A program made the position numbers and the translations under genes. Positions 1 through 10,363 of a stretch of DNA of 64,000 bases are shown here, piece by piece. Origin of the DNA: Verrucomicrobiota bacterium. Lineage in GTDB: Bacteria; Verrucomicrobiota; Verrucomicrobiia; Limisphaerales; AAA164-E04. Every line of letters starts with the position of its first letter. The stretch's first letter is position 1. The notes beneath the pieces are model-generated. The model saw only the letters and a program-made list of their open reading frames with translations. It did no database searches and was not told the origin of the DNA. The stretch spans positions 5,568,001 to 5,632,000 of the forward strand of contig CP170459.1 in the NCBI GenBank assembly GCA_047947115.1. The letters are read 5' to 3'.

Positions 1-155
1 TCCGCTAGAATCTTCTCAGATCTTATTTTGATAGTTGATTGATGTCTGGCCGACATCATGCCAAAGACCATCAACATTGAGATCAAAGCTCCTAGTGCAA
101 AAAAGATTGCCAGGATAAATGATCTGCCGGGTTGATTGGGTTTAGGCGCTGTCAT
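1..155 (-). CDS. 5' end of a membrane-anchored protein running off the window edge
   Basis: Manual translation from ATG at 155: MTAPKPNQPGRSFILAIFFALGALISMLMVFGMMSARHQ..., open to position 1, with an N-terminal hydrophobic helix. Confidence 0.5.
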   Translation of the reverse strand, partial: MTAPKPNQPGRSFILAIFFALGALISMLMVFGMMSARHQSTIKIRSEKILA

Positions 156-546
156 ATGTGTGTGCGATCTGAAATTTGACAAACAGACATTCCATATAAC
201 CAGGGTAAGGTGACGGTTTTCAAACAAAATGGAAAAGATTTGAAGGAGATCTGGAGCAACAGACAACCCGCAGGCTTTGGGCGCCGCGGTATGAGACAGA
301 GAGGAAGCGGGAGCGTCCTGGAAAGCACTTTGCTGTCGTCGGGCGGTATGGCACCATGATTCAATCAGGATTGATCCCATCTGAATACTTTGAAAGCAAA
401 CTCCATTATCAGAACGTTGAACTGACACTGCATGGGGACTACGAACCCAATTGTAACAATCTTGTGAACGCGTGGTTTCCGACTTTGCCAAATGGCAGAA
501 TTTAAGGTAGGGTAGTGTCCGTCAATAATAACTCGCTCCTTTTTTA

Positions 547-2082
547 ATGATATCAGACCATGACTCTGACGGCTTGGCGTTGTTTGACAAGGACACGATT
601 TCGAATCCTGATCCTGATCCAGCAGCGTCCCCTTCCCCCACCAAAAATAAACGCCCCAAAGCAAACCAGGGTCTAAAGGCACCTTCCAAAGTGGCCAAGA
701 ACTTTATCCTGGACACGAATGTGCTATTGCATGATCCGTCTTGTATTGAGCGTTTTGACGACAACCATGTCTGTATTCCGGTAGAAGTGTTATCCGAATT
801 GGATCGGTTTAAAAACGAGCCGTCGGACCGGGGAGCCAATGCGCGCGAAGTACATCGTAATTTGGTCAAACGATTTGAAAACAGCTCAGCGTCGATCACG
901 TCAGGTATCCCTACGGCAGGTGGCGGAAGTTTGCGCATCGTGATCAGTGATATTGCCGAATCCAAGTCCACCCCTATCAAACGACTGAAAAGAGTCTTCA
1001 CCGAATGGGAAAAAGTGGACCATCGCATTCTCGCCTGCACTTTGCTGGTGCAGGAGCATAACACGGCCCCTGTAGTATTGGTAACCAAGGACCTGAACAT
1101 GCAGTTGAAGGCGAAGACACTGGGTATTCGCTGCGAAGATTATTTAAATGACAAGGTTTCGCCCAGGGAAATATCCAAATATGGCATACCACACATTGAT
1201 GTCAGCACAAGCGAACTGCAACGGTTTGCCAGTTCAGGCGTCCTGCCACTCCAGGATCGGACGGTCATCAAATCGATGCCTTGCAACCAATACCTGCTCC
1301 TACGCACCGAGTGCGGCAAAACCATGCCAGGCAGAATGGATTCCAATGGCATCCTTCATCGATTAAAAGGCGCCAATCAGATTCATATTCCTCGTGGTAT
1401 GAATTTGATTGCCCGGAATTTGGAACAACAATGCTTTTTGGACGCACTGCTCGATCCGATGATCTCATTGGTCACTTGCTATGGTCAGGCTGGAACAGGA
1501 AAAACATTGCTGGCAATGGCTGCAGGTCTTCAAATGGTGCTGGGTCAGGAATATGCCGGGATGACAGTCAGTCGTCCTGTGGTATCCATGGGCAAAGATA
1601 TTGGTTTTCTGCCCGGCACACTCGGTGAGAAAATGGATCCATGGTTGCAACCGATTCATGATGCGCTTGAGATTCTTTTGCGCCCGAACCAAAGCTCGAA
1701 AGACAAAAAACGCAGAAAGGAAGAACCAGCCCAACTTTCGGGCAGACAGTGGCAGGAGTCCTTGATCGAACAGGGATTATTGGAAATTGAAGCGCTCTGT
1801 TTCATCAGGGGACGATCCATCCCCAACCGCTATTTCGTTTTGGATGAAGCTCAACAATTGACTCCTTTGGAAGCAAAAACAGTGGTGACACGTATGTCAC
1901 AAGGTTCAAAATTGATCCTGATAGGTGATCCCGCTCAAATTGACAACCCCTACGTCGACAATAGAAGCAATGGACTTGTTTACACACGCAACAAGCTGAA
2001 AGGACAGCCATTCACCGCGCATGTATCACTCAATCGCGGTGAAAGAAGCGAACTTGCAGAGGTAGGCGCCACTTTGATGTAA
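547..2082 (+). CDS. phoH: PIN-PhoH family protein (PIN nuclease domain + PhoH ATPase/helicase)
   Basis: FILDTNVLLHDP and LVTKDLN PIN motifs; Walker A GQAGTGKT; IGFLPG, RGRS, DEAQ, GDPAQID and ERSELA PhoH motifs. Confidence 0.92.
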   Translation: MISDHDSDGLALFDKDTISNPDPDPAASPSPTKNKRPKANQGLKAPSKVAKNFILDTNVLLHDPSCIERFDDNHVCIPVEVLSELDRFKNEPSDRGANAREVHRNLVKRFENSSASITSGIPTAGGGSLRIVISDIAESKSTPIKRLKRVFTEWEKVDHRILACTLLVQEHNTAPVVLVTKDLNMQLKAKTLGIRCEDYLNDKVSPREISKYGIPHIDVSTSELQRFASSGVLPLQDRTVIKSMPCNQYLLLRTECGKTMPGRMDSNGILHRLKGANQIHIPRGMNLIARNLEQQCFLDALLDPMISLVTCYGQAGTGKTLLAMAAGLQMVLGQEYAGMTVSRPVVSMGKDIGFLPGTLGEKMDPWLQPIHDALEILLRPNQSSKDKKRRKEEPAQLSGRQWQESLIEQGLLEIEALCFIRGRSIPNRYFVLDEAQQLTPLEAKTVVTRMSQGSKLILIGDPAQIDNPYVDNRSNGLVYTRNKLKGQPFTAHVSLNRGERSELAEVGATLM

Positions 2083-2156
2083 GACATCGTATCGACTGCT
2101 ATTACAAGCATGTATTCATTTATTGAAACTTCGAATCCTGTTCCAAAAATAAAAAA

Positions 2157-2185
2157 TTATACAAGTTCTTAACAGTATCGAAACC
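2157..2185 (+). promoter_or_regulatory. Putative Pho-box-like 11-bp direct repeats upstream of phoX
   Basis: TTATACA (2157), CTTAACA (2168) and CGAAACC (2179) at exact 11-bp period; degenerate. Confidence 0.4.
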
Positions 2186-2221
2186 GAAACGTTTCTGAGT
2201 AGGCCGATGATTTCCCTTCCT

Positions 2222-3652
2222 ATGAACCGTTCTCGTCGTCACTTTTTCAAATCCGCAGGAATGACCGCAGCGGGCTTTCTTGGCATCCAGAAATTCTTGA
2301 CCACAGAGGTCTCTGGTCAAAGCATGTTCCCAAGGTCCTCCGGCCCCCAGGAATACCAAAATGAGGTCGACCGATACGGGAAACTCAACAAGGATCCAAG
2401 ACGACTATTGGATCTTCCTGAAGGTTTCAGCTATAAGGTACTTTCCGTGACTGGAGACGTGATGAGTGATGGATTGCGCACACCTGGCGCTCCCGATGGT
2501 ATGGCAGCATTCGCGGCCGAGAACGGAAAAGTGATTCTGGTTAGGAACCATGAACTTTCCGATAATCAAACGTTTGAAGGCCCCTTTGGTATTGTGAACG
2601 AACATTTGAACAAGCTGGATTTAAAAAAGCTGTATGATCCAGGTTCAGGAAAAATCCCTCAATTAGGCGGAACAAGCAACCTTGTGTTTGATCCAAAGAC
2701 ACAAAAACTGGAAAAACACTTTCTGAGCCTGGCCGGTACGGAACGCAATTGCGCAGGTGGCCCCACACCTTGGGGAACCTGGATTACCTGCGAAGAAACC
2801 GTATCGAAATCGGGAGACCATCGGGAAGTGGATCACGGTTACAACTTTGAAGTGCCGGCGACGGATGAAATCGGATTGGTGGATCCCGTGCCGCTGAAGG
2901 ATATGGGGCGTTTCAATCATGAAGCAGTTGCGGTAGATCCTGCCTCGGGAATTGTGTATCAAACAGAGGATCGGGATGACGGTTTGATCACTCGATTTAT
3001 TCCCAACGAGTCCGAAAACCTCAAGGCCGGAGGTAAACTGCAAGCGCTTGTCATCAAGGACCGCAGCAGTTGCGACACACGTAATTGGCCTGACACAGGA
3101 AAACCCAAATTTCCGGTGGAACAGGCTGTCGCAGTTGAATGGATGGATTTGGAAGACATACACAACCCCGATGATAAACTCCGCTCCAATGCTTATAAGG
3201 CAGGCGCTGCCATCTTTGCACGAGGAGAAGGCATGTGGTATGGGAACAATCGCATATACTTCGCCTGCACCAGTGGCGGCATTGCCAAATCCGGCCAAAT
3301 CTTTATTTATGAGCCCAGCCCCTATGAAGGAACAGCCAAGGAGGTGGAGCAACCCGGTAAGCTCATGCTATTTCTGGAACCCAACAACTCCAGACTGCTC
3401 GAGTATGGGGATAACCTAACGGTGGCTCCTTGGGGGGATGTGGTGCTTTGTGAGGATGGCGCTCGCGATCAGTATCTGCGCGGAATCACTCCTACAGGTA
3501 AAATCTACACGCTGGCCCGTTCCAGCTATGTGGGTAATTCCGAAATGTGCGGAGTTTGCTTTGCCCCCAATCATGCGACGCTATTCGTCAACATCCAAAA
3601 ACCTGGCATTACCCTGGCCATCACCGGACCTTGGAAAAATCTGGAGGCTTGA
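2222..3652 (+). CDS. phoX: PhoX-family (DUF839) alkaline phosphatase, Tat-exported
   Basis: SRRHFFK twin-arginine signal; PDGM, RNHE, NCAGGPTPWGTWITCEE, GRFNHEA, RGEG, DNL, CEDG, SEMCG motifs. Confidence 0.9.
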   Translation: MNRSRRHFFKSAGMTAAGFLGIQKFLTTEVSGQSMFPRSSGPQEYQNEVDRYGKLNKDPRRLLDLPEGFSYKVLSVTGDVMSDGLRTPGAPDGMAAFAAENGKVILVRNHELSDNQTFEGPFGIVNEHLNKLDLKKLYDPGSGKIPQLGGTSNLVFDPKTQKLEKHFLSLAGTERNCAGGPTPWGTWITCEETVSKSGDHREVDHGYNFEVPATDEIGLVDPVPLKDMGRFNHEAVAVDPASGIVYQTEDRDDGLITRFIPNESENLKAGGKLQALVIKDRSSCDTRNWPDTGKPKFPVEQAVAVEWMDLEDIHNPDDKLRSNAYKAGAAIFARGEGMWYGNNRIYFACTSGGIAKSGQIFIYEPSPYEGTAKEVEQPGKLMLFLEPNNSRLLEYGDNLTVAPWGDVVLCEDGARDQYLRGITPTGKIYTLARSSYVGNSEMCGVCFAPNHATLFVNIQKPGITLAITGPWKNLEA

Positions 3653-3728
3653 TTGAATATCCCTCCTGTCCCGGCTTCAAAAGCATAGCCATATAAGCTG
3701 TATAAGCTTGTGGGGCCGGATAGTCATC

Positions 3729-4799
3729 TTAATTCAGACTGATTGAGGCTGAAATGAACTCTTCGGAAGAATAGGCTCTGGTCACTGCAGGTTTTCCGCA
3801 TTGCTTTCGAACCAACTGTTGACTGAACAGGTTCGCCGTGTTTTTCCATGTGAATGTTCTGGAAAAAGCCACGCAATCTGAACGGTCCAGAGTCAGACAT
3901 TTCTCGATAGCTGCGGATAGGTTATCATCCAAAGCTCCTGCCTTGGGATTCCGGATCACGTCGATCGGACCCGTCACTGGATAAGCGGCCACCGGCAAAC
4001 CGCACGCCATGGCCTCGAGCATGACCACTCCAAACGTATCGGTCTTGCTTGGGAACACAAAGACATCACCGGCGCGGTAACAGTCGGCCAAGTCCTTTCC
4101 ACGCTTAAATCCGGTCCAAACCACATCAGGAAACTGATGCTTAAGGGAATTAAAGGCAGGTCCATTGCCGATGACAACTTTGGTACCGGCCTGATCTGAA
4201 CGAAGAAATGCCTCTATATTTTTCTCACGTGCCACTCGGCCACAGTAAATCATGATGGGGCCAGGAAGGTGACGGAAGACGGATGATTCACCGGGAAAGA
4301 ATAGATCATGATCCACACCTCGTGTCCATACCCTGGTGTGCTGAATCCCTTGGCGATTGAGTTCGTCGCCGACGGATTTTGTCGGAACCAACACTTTCTC
4401 GGAAGCTGCATGAAACCGTCGAATGGCGGCAAATGTAAAAGATTCCGGAAGGCCGGTATAAGATTTCAAATATCGGGGAAATTGTGTGTGATAGGAACTG
4501 GTGAATCGAAACCCGTGTTTCCGACACCATTTTCTTCCAGCCATGCCTACCGGGCCTTCCGTGGCAATGTGAATGGCATCAGGTTGAAAAATTCCTACCT
4601 GCCTGATGAAAGCCGCTTGCGTCACCCACGCCAAGGGAATGGACTTGTAAAACGGACAAGGCATGGAAGGAAACAAGCCCGGATGAATCGTATGAACCAC
4701 ATGTCCGTCATTTTCCAACTCCCGGATCACATGCTGATAGCAGGTGACCACCCCGTTGATCTGGGGCTCCCATGCATCGGTAATCAATAGTAGGTTCAT
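3729..4799 (-). CDS. GT4 glycosyltransferase, Agt-like diacylglycerol glycosyltransferase candidate
   Basis: TDAWEPQINGVV, IHIATEGPVG, YHTQFP, GRVAREKN, PSKTDTFGVVMLEAMACGLPV motifs; last gene of the bta operon. Confidence 0.85.
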   Translation of the reverse strand: MNLLLITDAWEPQINGVVTCYQHVIRELENDGHVVHTIHPGLFPSMPCPFYKSIPLAWVTQAAFIRQVGIFQPDAIHIATEGPVGMAGRKWCRKHGFRFTSSYHTQFPRYLKSYTGLPESFTFAAIRRFHAASEKVLVPTKSVGDELNRQGIQHTRVWTRGVDHDLFFPGESSVFRHLPGPIMIYCGRVAREKNIEAFLRSDQAGTKVVIGNGPAFNSLKHQFPDVVWTGFKRGKDLADCYRAGDVFVFPSKTDTFGVVMLEAMACGLPVAAYPVTGPIDVIRNPKAGALDDNLSAAIEKCLTLDRSDCVAFSRTFTWKNTANLFSQQLVRKQCGKPAVTRAYSSEEFISASISLN

Positions 4800-4813
4800 G
4801 GAAGATATTCCGG

Positions 4814-6697
4814 TTAATTTTTACTGGATGAGGCTTCCTGCTGCGGGTCTGTTGCCAGGGAGTGCTGAGGACTGCCAAACGGAAACTCCGTTTGCCTTGT
4901 GAGTTCCAGAAGGCGGATCTTACCTGGGGAAACCCCCTTGTCCAGCAGTGGCAACCGCTCGCCTTCATGACGAATCAGCACCTCATCAGCTTGCTGATAA
5001 AGCATGCTCAGGTATTGATCCACCATTCCAGCCATGTTGTGATCATCCGTCAATTCCTGAACCTGATTTGACATATTGCATTGAGCCAACACGGAAATCT
5101 TTACTTTCAAAAGCTTGGCCGCCATCACCCCAACCAGCGCCATCGGCCCGCAGGAGAGGATCAACAGCTCAGTAAATCGTTCGCTTTCGATAAAAGAAAG
5201 AATTTCCATGAACGGTGGAAAGACAAATAGATTTTCCTGATTTTCGAGAATTTGAAACGTTCCCAGAGGCTGGAAATTCTTGACGTTCAAATCGACGACT
5301 GGTCTCGATTGTTGAGAGCTGATCAAGGTGACACTGCGATGTTGAGTCCGCGCTTCATTGACCCATTTCTGCAATGCATCACTGCGATCATGCAGATCTG
5401 TGACGGGATCCATCATGATGGCGACATTGGAACTTCGTTGGACCAAGCTCTGACTGACATCAAAATGTCGAGCCACATCCTGAATAAAGGACTCATCTTT
5501 ATGCTGTGTCGCAAAGGAGCCGATGTAAGGAGCAATTGAAAGAGAAATCGGTGCCAGCGAGGCCATGGATTGAAGGCTGTCGATAAAATTGCCTTCCTTC
5601 ATTTTATGGAAAAATCGTTTCAAAAACACCCAGCCCAGGTTCTGGCAGATGCGGCTTGAAAGAATGAAGCTGCGATCATAGTCCTGAAGATCCATTTCCG
5701 AAACAGGTGTTTGAAAAAGCTCCTGGAATTCAGTGACAACGGATCGTTCAGCTGAGGACATGCGCGCAAACGTAGCCATTTTACTCCATTTTCGAAAACG
5801 TGAACGCAATCCATTCTCAGAGGATGGTGCTACTGATCCTCCCTGATGCAGAATTTGCTGAAACAATTCAGTCAGCAGGTTATGACTGGGTCCATTCCCT
5901 CCGGAAACAGATTTGCGGTAATATTGATAGGCAATTTGATAAAAGCTCCGAGCCAGGAGTTTTGAATTCCCGGAAGAACCTGCCATCTCATGTTTGCCTT
6001 CTCGAAGGAAATTGAGATATTCCTCAACAGAATGCGCCTCAGGTGTTTCGGTATAGGCGCTGGCGATGTATAAACCACCATGATCATCACTTCCGCCGGT
6101 GAAACGCTTTATCCAGGGAGTATCTCCGACCGGTTGGATGCCATGCTTCTCGGCAGCGCGTTCAATCCAATCCTGATCCAGATTACGGAAAATCAAACGA
6201 ACCAGCTCGGCCGCTCTTGGGTCTCGTGTACCATTGATCCCTTCAAAACGATTGAAAAGGATGAGAATTTTTTCGACGTGCTCCGGGGAAACAGTGGTGT
6301 TGACCCTGAATAATGGATGAGCCAATGAATGAACAATGTCCTCCCTTACAAGATAATCCCGCAATTCGTAGATGTTGACTCGCAGCTTATCGATCTCCTT
6401 GAACTGATTCTCCGTAATACCGGTTGTCAATAAATGGAACTTGGCACCATCCTCCGGAAAATAAACAGTGACTTCGCAGCTGATGAACGTATTCGGAAGG
6501 TGTGCAATATCCAGAGCGCCATCAATTTTGTTGTGATCCGAAATGGTGACGAAGTTCATCCCCTTTTGGATGGCTTGATCGTATACTTCTCTGGGCTCGG
6601 TGTAGCATTCAGCTGAGCCAATACGACGCAGCACCCATTCACTGGGGCGATTTGAGTATTTTGTATGGACGTGGAGATCGGCTTTCGAGGTTTTCAT
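4814..6697 (-). CDS. PHP-domain phosphoesterase fused to a degenerate GT4 N-terminal domain
   Basis: DLHVHT, TISDHN, AHP and GGSDDH PHP metal ligands; C-terminal part resembles a GT4 N-domain without NGV/YHT; ATG at 6697 overlaps the btaB stop (ATGA). Confidence 0.75.
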   Translation of the reverse strand: MKTSKADLHVHTKYSNRPSEWVLRRIGSAECYTEPREVYDQAIQKGMNFVTISDHNKIDGALDIAHLPNTFISCEVTVYFPEDGAKFHLLTTGITENQFKEIDKLRVNIYELRDYLVREDIVHSLAHPLFRVNTTVSPEHVEKILILFNRFEGINGTRDPRAAELVRLIFRNLDQDWIERAAEKHGIQPVGDTPWIKRFTGGSDDHGGLYIASAYTETPEAHSVEEYLNFLREGKHEMAGSSGNSKLLARSFYQIAYQYYRKSVSGGNGPSHNLLTELFQQILHQGGSVAPSSENGLRSRFRKWSKMATFARMSSAERSVVTEFQELFQTPVSEMDLQDYDRSFILSSRICQNLGWVFLKRFFHKMKEGNFIDSLQSMASLAPISLSIAPYIGSFATQHKDESFIQDVARHFDVSQSLVQRSSNVAIMMDPVTDLHDRSDALQKWVNEARTQHRSVTLISSQQSRPVVDLNVKNFQPLGTFQILENQENLFVFPPFMEILSFIESERFTELLILSCGPMALVGVMAAKLLKVKISVLAQCNMSNQVQELTDDHNMAGMVDQYLSMLYQQADEVLIRHEGERLPLLDKGVSPGKIRLLELTRQTEFPFGSPQHSLATDPQQEASSSKN

Positions 6698-7374
6698 GAG
6701 ATCAACTTTAAGAGTTTTGCTGGTTGAGCGGGGCGCTTGGATTGATGGGCGCTTTGGGGTGTCGGGCTGCCTATAAAAACAAAATAAGTCCAAAGCCCTG
6801 CATATGCCTGATATTTCCGAAAACTAATGGGTTGATGTTCGGAGACACATTCCATCAACAAATTCGGATCAAAATTCACATGGTTGATATCCATCCACTC
6901 TCTAAACCAGGTAAAAGGTGTCTCGAGAAAATCCAACACCATGAACAGACCGTCGGGCTGAAGACAATGCCTCGCTTCACGAATACACTGGAGACGAGCA
7001 TCCCCCATCATGGAAAGCGAATAGGAACAGAGTATCAGGTCGAAATTTTCCTCCTCATGAAATAACGTTGCTCCGAAAGGAGCTTTCATGAGGCTCACAC
7101 GTTTCCCTGCCACTCGTCGCAAGTTACGGTGTGCCTTTTGAAGCATGGATTCACTCAAATCAACACCGGTCAAATTTGATTCGGGAAATGCTTTTGCCAA
7201 CATGGCGAGATTCGCACCGGTGCCACAACCGATTTCCAAAATCCTTTTCGGTTGCTTGACGGCCCTTATCCATTCGGGAAGTCGGCGTCGCCCAAAAAGG
7301 AATGCCCATCGTGTCAAATCATAAATGGGGGCCTGTAGCTTGTAGTAGTTTCGAACTTTGTCTTGCTGGTCCAT
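6694..7374 (-). CDS. btaB: BtaB-like SAM-dependent methyltransferase (betaine lipid DGTS synthesis)
   Basis: IYDLTRWAFLFGR, LEIGCGTG and SYSLSM motifs; directly downstream of btaA. Confidence 0.75.
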   Translation of the reverse strand: MDQQDKVRNYYKLQAPIYDLTRWAFLFGRRRLPEWIRAVKQPKRILEIGCGTGANLAMLAKAFPESNLTGVDLSESMLQKAHRNLRRVAGKRVSLMKAPFGATLFHEEENFDLILCSYSLSMMGDARLQCIREARHCLQPDGLFMVLDFLETPFTWFREWMDINHVNFDPNLLMECVSEHQPISFRKYQAYAGLWTYFVFIGSPTPQSAHQSKRPAQPAKLLKLIS

Positions 7375-7384
7375 CCTTCAATCC

Positions 7385-8599
7385 TCAGGAGGTAATGGTT
7401 GCGGTAAAAGTGCATCCGTACGTTCCAACTCGATCCAATGCATGCAATTCTGTCGCTGATGCTTCATCGATGCTCAATCGATCCGTGACCCAGGCCGGAA
7501 GAAATTCAATGCGCCGTGCCGCTGAACGCATCAGTACCTTTGCCCCGGGAGCCGCATGCTTGAAAATTTCCCTCCACTCCTCTTCCAATAATTCAGGCGC
7601 AACGTGCGCCAGCCAATCCTGGTGATCCAGGAGCACGAAGTTGGTGAACGTTTCCGATGTTTGCTGAAGGTACTGGGTCAGAGTTCTCGTATGGGTTTCA
7701 ATTCTGGCAGCGCGGTCCTTCAGAAAGGAATAATGCTCCTTTTTCAGATAATTCGGACAGCATTCTCTGGTGTAAAACCCCTTGATGTACACATGCCAGA
7801 AATAGTTGTCATGGATGGGCGTTTTGGTCAGGGCCTGTCGTAAACTTGCCTTGATGTGCTCGATCATGCCCTCGTTTGGGTAACTGGATTGGATCAAATC
7901 CATTTGAGCCGTTGGAACTCCCAACAAGGTCATCAATGAAGGTTGCTTCAAAAACCAACAAACCAACCGGTTCAACAGGACGGGTTCAATGCTCGCATAA
8001 ATTCTGGCCTGATCATCCAGGCTGTCCGCTTCCAGCAAACTCATCACCGTATGCCGCAATCTCGGCGAGCGCTTTAAGAACTGATGAAAGCAGAAAGCTG
8101 CTTTACCGGATGTTCCCTGGAAATAGAATGATGGAAATACCTTGTTCCGCCGAAAATAGTGTTGCCTTTCATCCCAATACCTCGCGGCATACGCAGGAAG
8201 ATTGGGTTTCATATATCGGTACAGACTTTCAAATGAATGGTGTTGTCCGCAACCGAACAGGCGCCAAAGATCCGCATATGAAAGTGTCTTGAACACCGCC
8301 TTTTTCAATTCCAACAAGGCATTCTGTCGATAGTTCATATCGACACAGACAACCTTTTCAGGATCGTCCAACAAGTAATCAAGGGCGTTGCACCCAGCGC
8401 TGGTGATCATCAGCACACGACTGGATGCATCCATCGTCATCCAACTTCGATCCATTCGGGGATCCTCCCAGCAGGTGTTGTAAATAAGCTGACTACCGTG
8501 GATTCGACGGAACCACTTTTGGTTCATTCCGTTCAACAAACGGCGACCACTGGATTGAACACATGCCTTGGGGCCTGGATAAACAAAATACATGCTCAC
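7385..8599 (-). CDS. btaA: BtaA (DUF3419) SAM:diacylglycerol 3-amino-3-carboxypropyl transferase
   Basis: IYNTCWEDP, ITSAGCNALDY, NYFW, LLDHQDW, RSAA and DRVGTY motifs; start could be further in (MNQKWF). Confidence 0.85.
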   Translation of the reverse strand: MSMYFVYPGPKACVQSSGRRLLNGMNQKWFRRIHGSQLIYNTCWEDPRMDRSWMTMDASSRVLMITSAGCNALDYLLDDPEKVVCVDMNYRQNALLELKKAVFKTLSYADLWRLFGCGQHHSFESLYRYMKPNLPAYAARYWDERQHYFRRNKVFPSFYFQGTSGKAAFCFHQFLKRSPRLRHTVMSLLEADSLDDQARIYASIEPVLLNRLVCWFLKQPSLMTLLGVPTAQMDLIQSSYPNEGMIEHIKASLRQALTKTPIHDNYFWHVYIKGFYTRECCPNYLKKEHYSFLKDRAARIETHTRTLTQYLQQTSETFTNFVLLDHQDWLAHVAPELLEEEWREIFKHAAPGAKVLMRSAARRIEFLPAWVTDRLSIDEASATELHALDRVGTYGCTFTATITS

Positions 8600-8789
8600 A
8601 ATGTTTTTTGAAAAAGGTGATTACGCTGAAATTTTGAACAAATTCACTGCGGACAAATCGAGGAGGCGTCTGGTTTCCTCGATTTGTCATGAACAGCTGT
8701 GGGTTACGGCCGGGGTGCGAACGGATACATCGCAAACTTCAACAAATTATTGGTTGAATCTGCATTGGCAATGTGTCGTTGACATGTGC

Positions 8790-8822
8790 TTTATGTGACG
8801 AAGTTGAAAAGAAATCATTACG
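8790..8822 (-). promoter_or_regulatory. Putative Pho-box-like triple 11-bp repeat upstream of btaA
   Basis: Minus strand reads CGTAATGATTT-CTTTTCAACTT-CGTCACATAAA. Confidence 0.35.
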
Positions 8823-8959
8823 TGCGATGTCCTGGAAGTCACGCAAATCATACTCGTTTCAACAGGTCCTTATCCGCTCAGTGCTACGGTTTTGTGACAT
8901 TATCAAACAATTGCCGAAAAGAATTGAATTGATCATGGAATCGCATTAACCCCGCTTGA

Positions 8960-10363
8960 TTGGATTTTGATGTGATCATATTGGGAAGTGGTGCGGGTGG
9001 TGGTGTCGCAGCTTATCAGTTGGCCAGCCGTGGATGGAAGGTCCTGTTAATTGAAAGAGGTTCTTTCGTGAAAGATGGTCATGCTTCACACCCCATATCC
9101 TCAGGTTTGGATCAGCAATCCTACCTTGTGAATGGAAGACACAGAAAGCTCACGGTAGGATACGGCTTGGGCGGTGGCACTGAAGTATACGGCGCAGTAT
9201 TGATGCGACCACACGAAGTTGATTTCGCTCCTGGCCAACACTATTCAAACTTGTTTCCAAAAGCGGAATGGGATTGGCCGGTAAGTTTTGCGGAAATGCG
9301 GCCCTATTATGAACAAGTTGAAAACCTTTTCGGCATCACCCCTTTCCAAGCTCAAAATGAATTGCCTGCCGGTCAAACGGCTCCCATCAATGAACGCTTG
9401 CACCAGGCATGGAAACGCAACCATATCGCTTCGGGCATACTGCCTCTGGCCATCCAGAGAAATAGTTGTCTGGAATGTGAGGATTGCCCGGGTTTTCTAT
9501 GCCCAAATGGTTCACGCCTGGGAGTCCGACACCTGATTGAGCGTGCCATGCGCTCCCATGATTTAGAGGTATGGAGCGGATTCCACGCCCTTCAGATCAA
9601 TAAAAATAGAGGAGAGGCGCTTTTGGAAAATGTGCGCACCAGCGAACAAAAAACAGTTAAGGCCAGCATTATAGTCGTATCGCTGGGCGCCATGCAATCG
9701 CCCGCCTTGTTCTTACGATCAGAATGGGAAGACTCGAGCGGATTACTGGGACGTCGTTATATGTACCACGCAGGCGGGGTCGTTGCCGGATGCTTCATAA
9801 ATCAAACGCAGGCGGGTGAGAGATTCGTAAAACAACTGGGTACAGACCAATTCTATTTGGGTTCACCACAGAGCAACAATGAAAAGTGGGGCGTGATTCA
9901 ATCCTTACCCACTCCTCGATTGCTACCTTCGTTTTTAAGGAACCGAACTTATCTCATGATGGCGACGGTTGAGGATATTCCGCAGGCGGACAACCGTATT
10001 ACCATTGATCGAAAGGGAAATCCGGTGCTGCACCACAGGTTTCATTCATTTGATTTGAAAAGATCCAAGGATGCCGTTCGGATATTGAAAGGACTCCTGC
10101 GAATGGGAGGAGCCGTCGGCACGATCGGCTTAACGGCTGATCGAAATAATACACACGTAGGACACCAGGTTGGCACCATGTGTTTCGGTAAGAATTCCAA
10201 AACATCTGTTCTGGATCCATATTGCCGACCTCATGGAACCGAACGGATGTTCGTGTTGGATGGAAGCTTTATGCCTACTTCACTGGGAGTCGGACCGGCA
10301 TTAACCATTATGGCCAATGCGCTGCGTGTCACTGACTGGATTTGCAAGCAATATGGAAAATAA
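8960..10363 (+). CDS. GMC family FAD-dependent oxidoreductase
   Basis: DVIILGSGAGG FAD motif, GLGGGT, CxxCxxC..C segment, HQVGTMCFG, DGSFMPTS..GPALTIMANALR. Confidence 0.85.
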   Translation: MDFDVIILGSGAGGGVAAYQLASRGWKVLLIERGSFVKDGHASHPISSGLDQQSYLVNGRHRKLTVGYGLGGGTEVYGAVLMRPHEVDFAPGQHYSNLFPKAEWDWPVSFAEMRPYYEQVENLFGITPFQAQNELPAGQTAPINERLHQAWKRNHIASGILPLAIQRNSCLECEDCPGFLCPNGSRLGVRHLIERAMRSHDLEVWSGFHALQINKNRGEALLENVRTSEQKTVKASIIVVSLGAMQSPALFLRSEWEDSSGLLGRRYMYHAGGVVAGCFINQTQAGERFVKQLGTDQFYLGSPQSNNEKWGVIQSLPTPRLLPSFLRNRTYLMMATVEDIPQADNRITIDRKGNPVLHHRFHSFDLKRSKDAVRILKGLLRMGGAVGTIGLTADRNNTHVGHQVGTMCFGKNSKTSVLDPYCRPHGTERMFVLDGSFMPTSLGVGPALTIMANALRVTDWICKQYGK

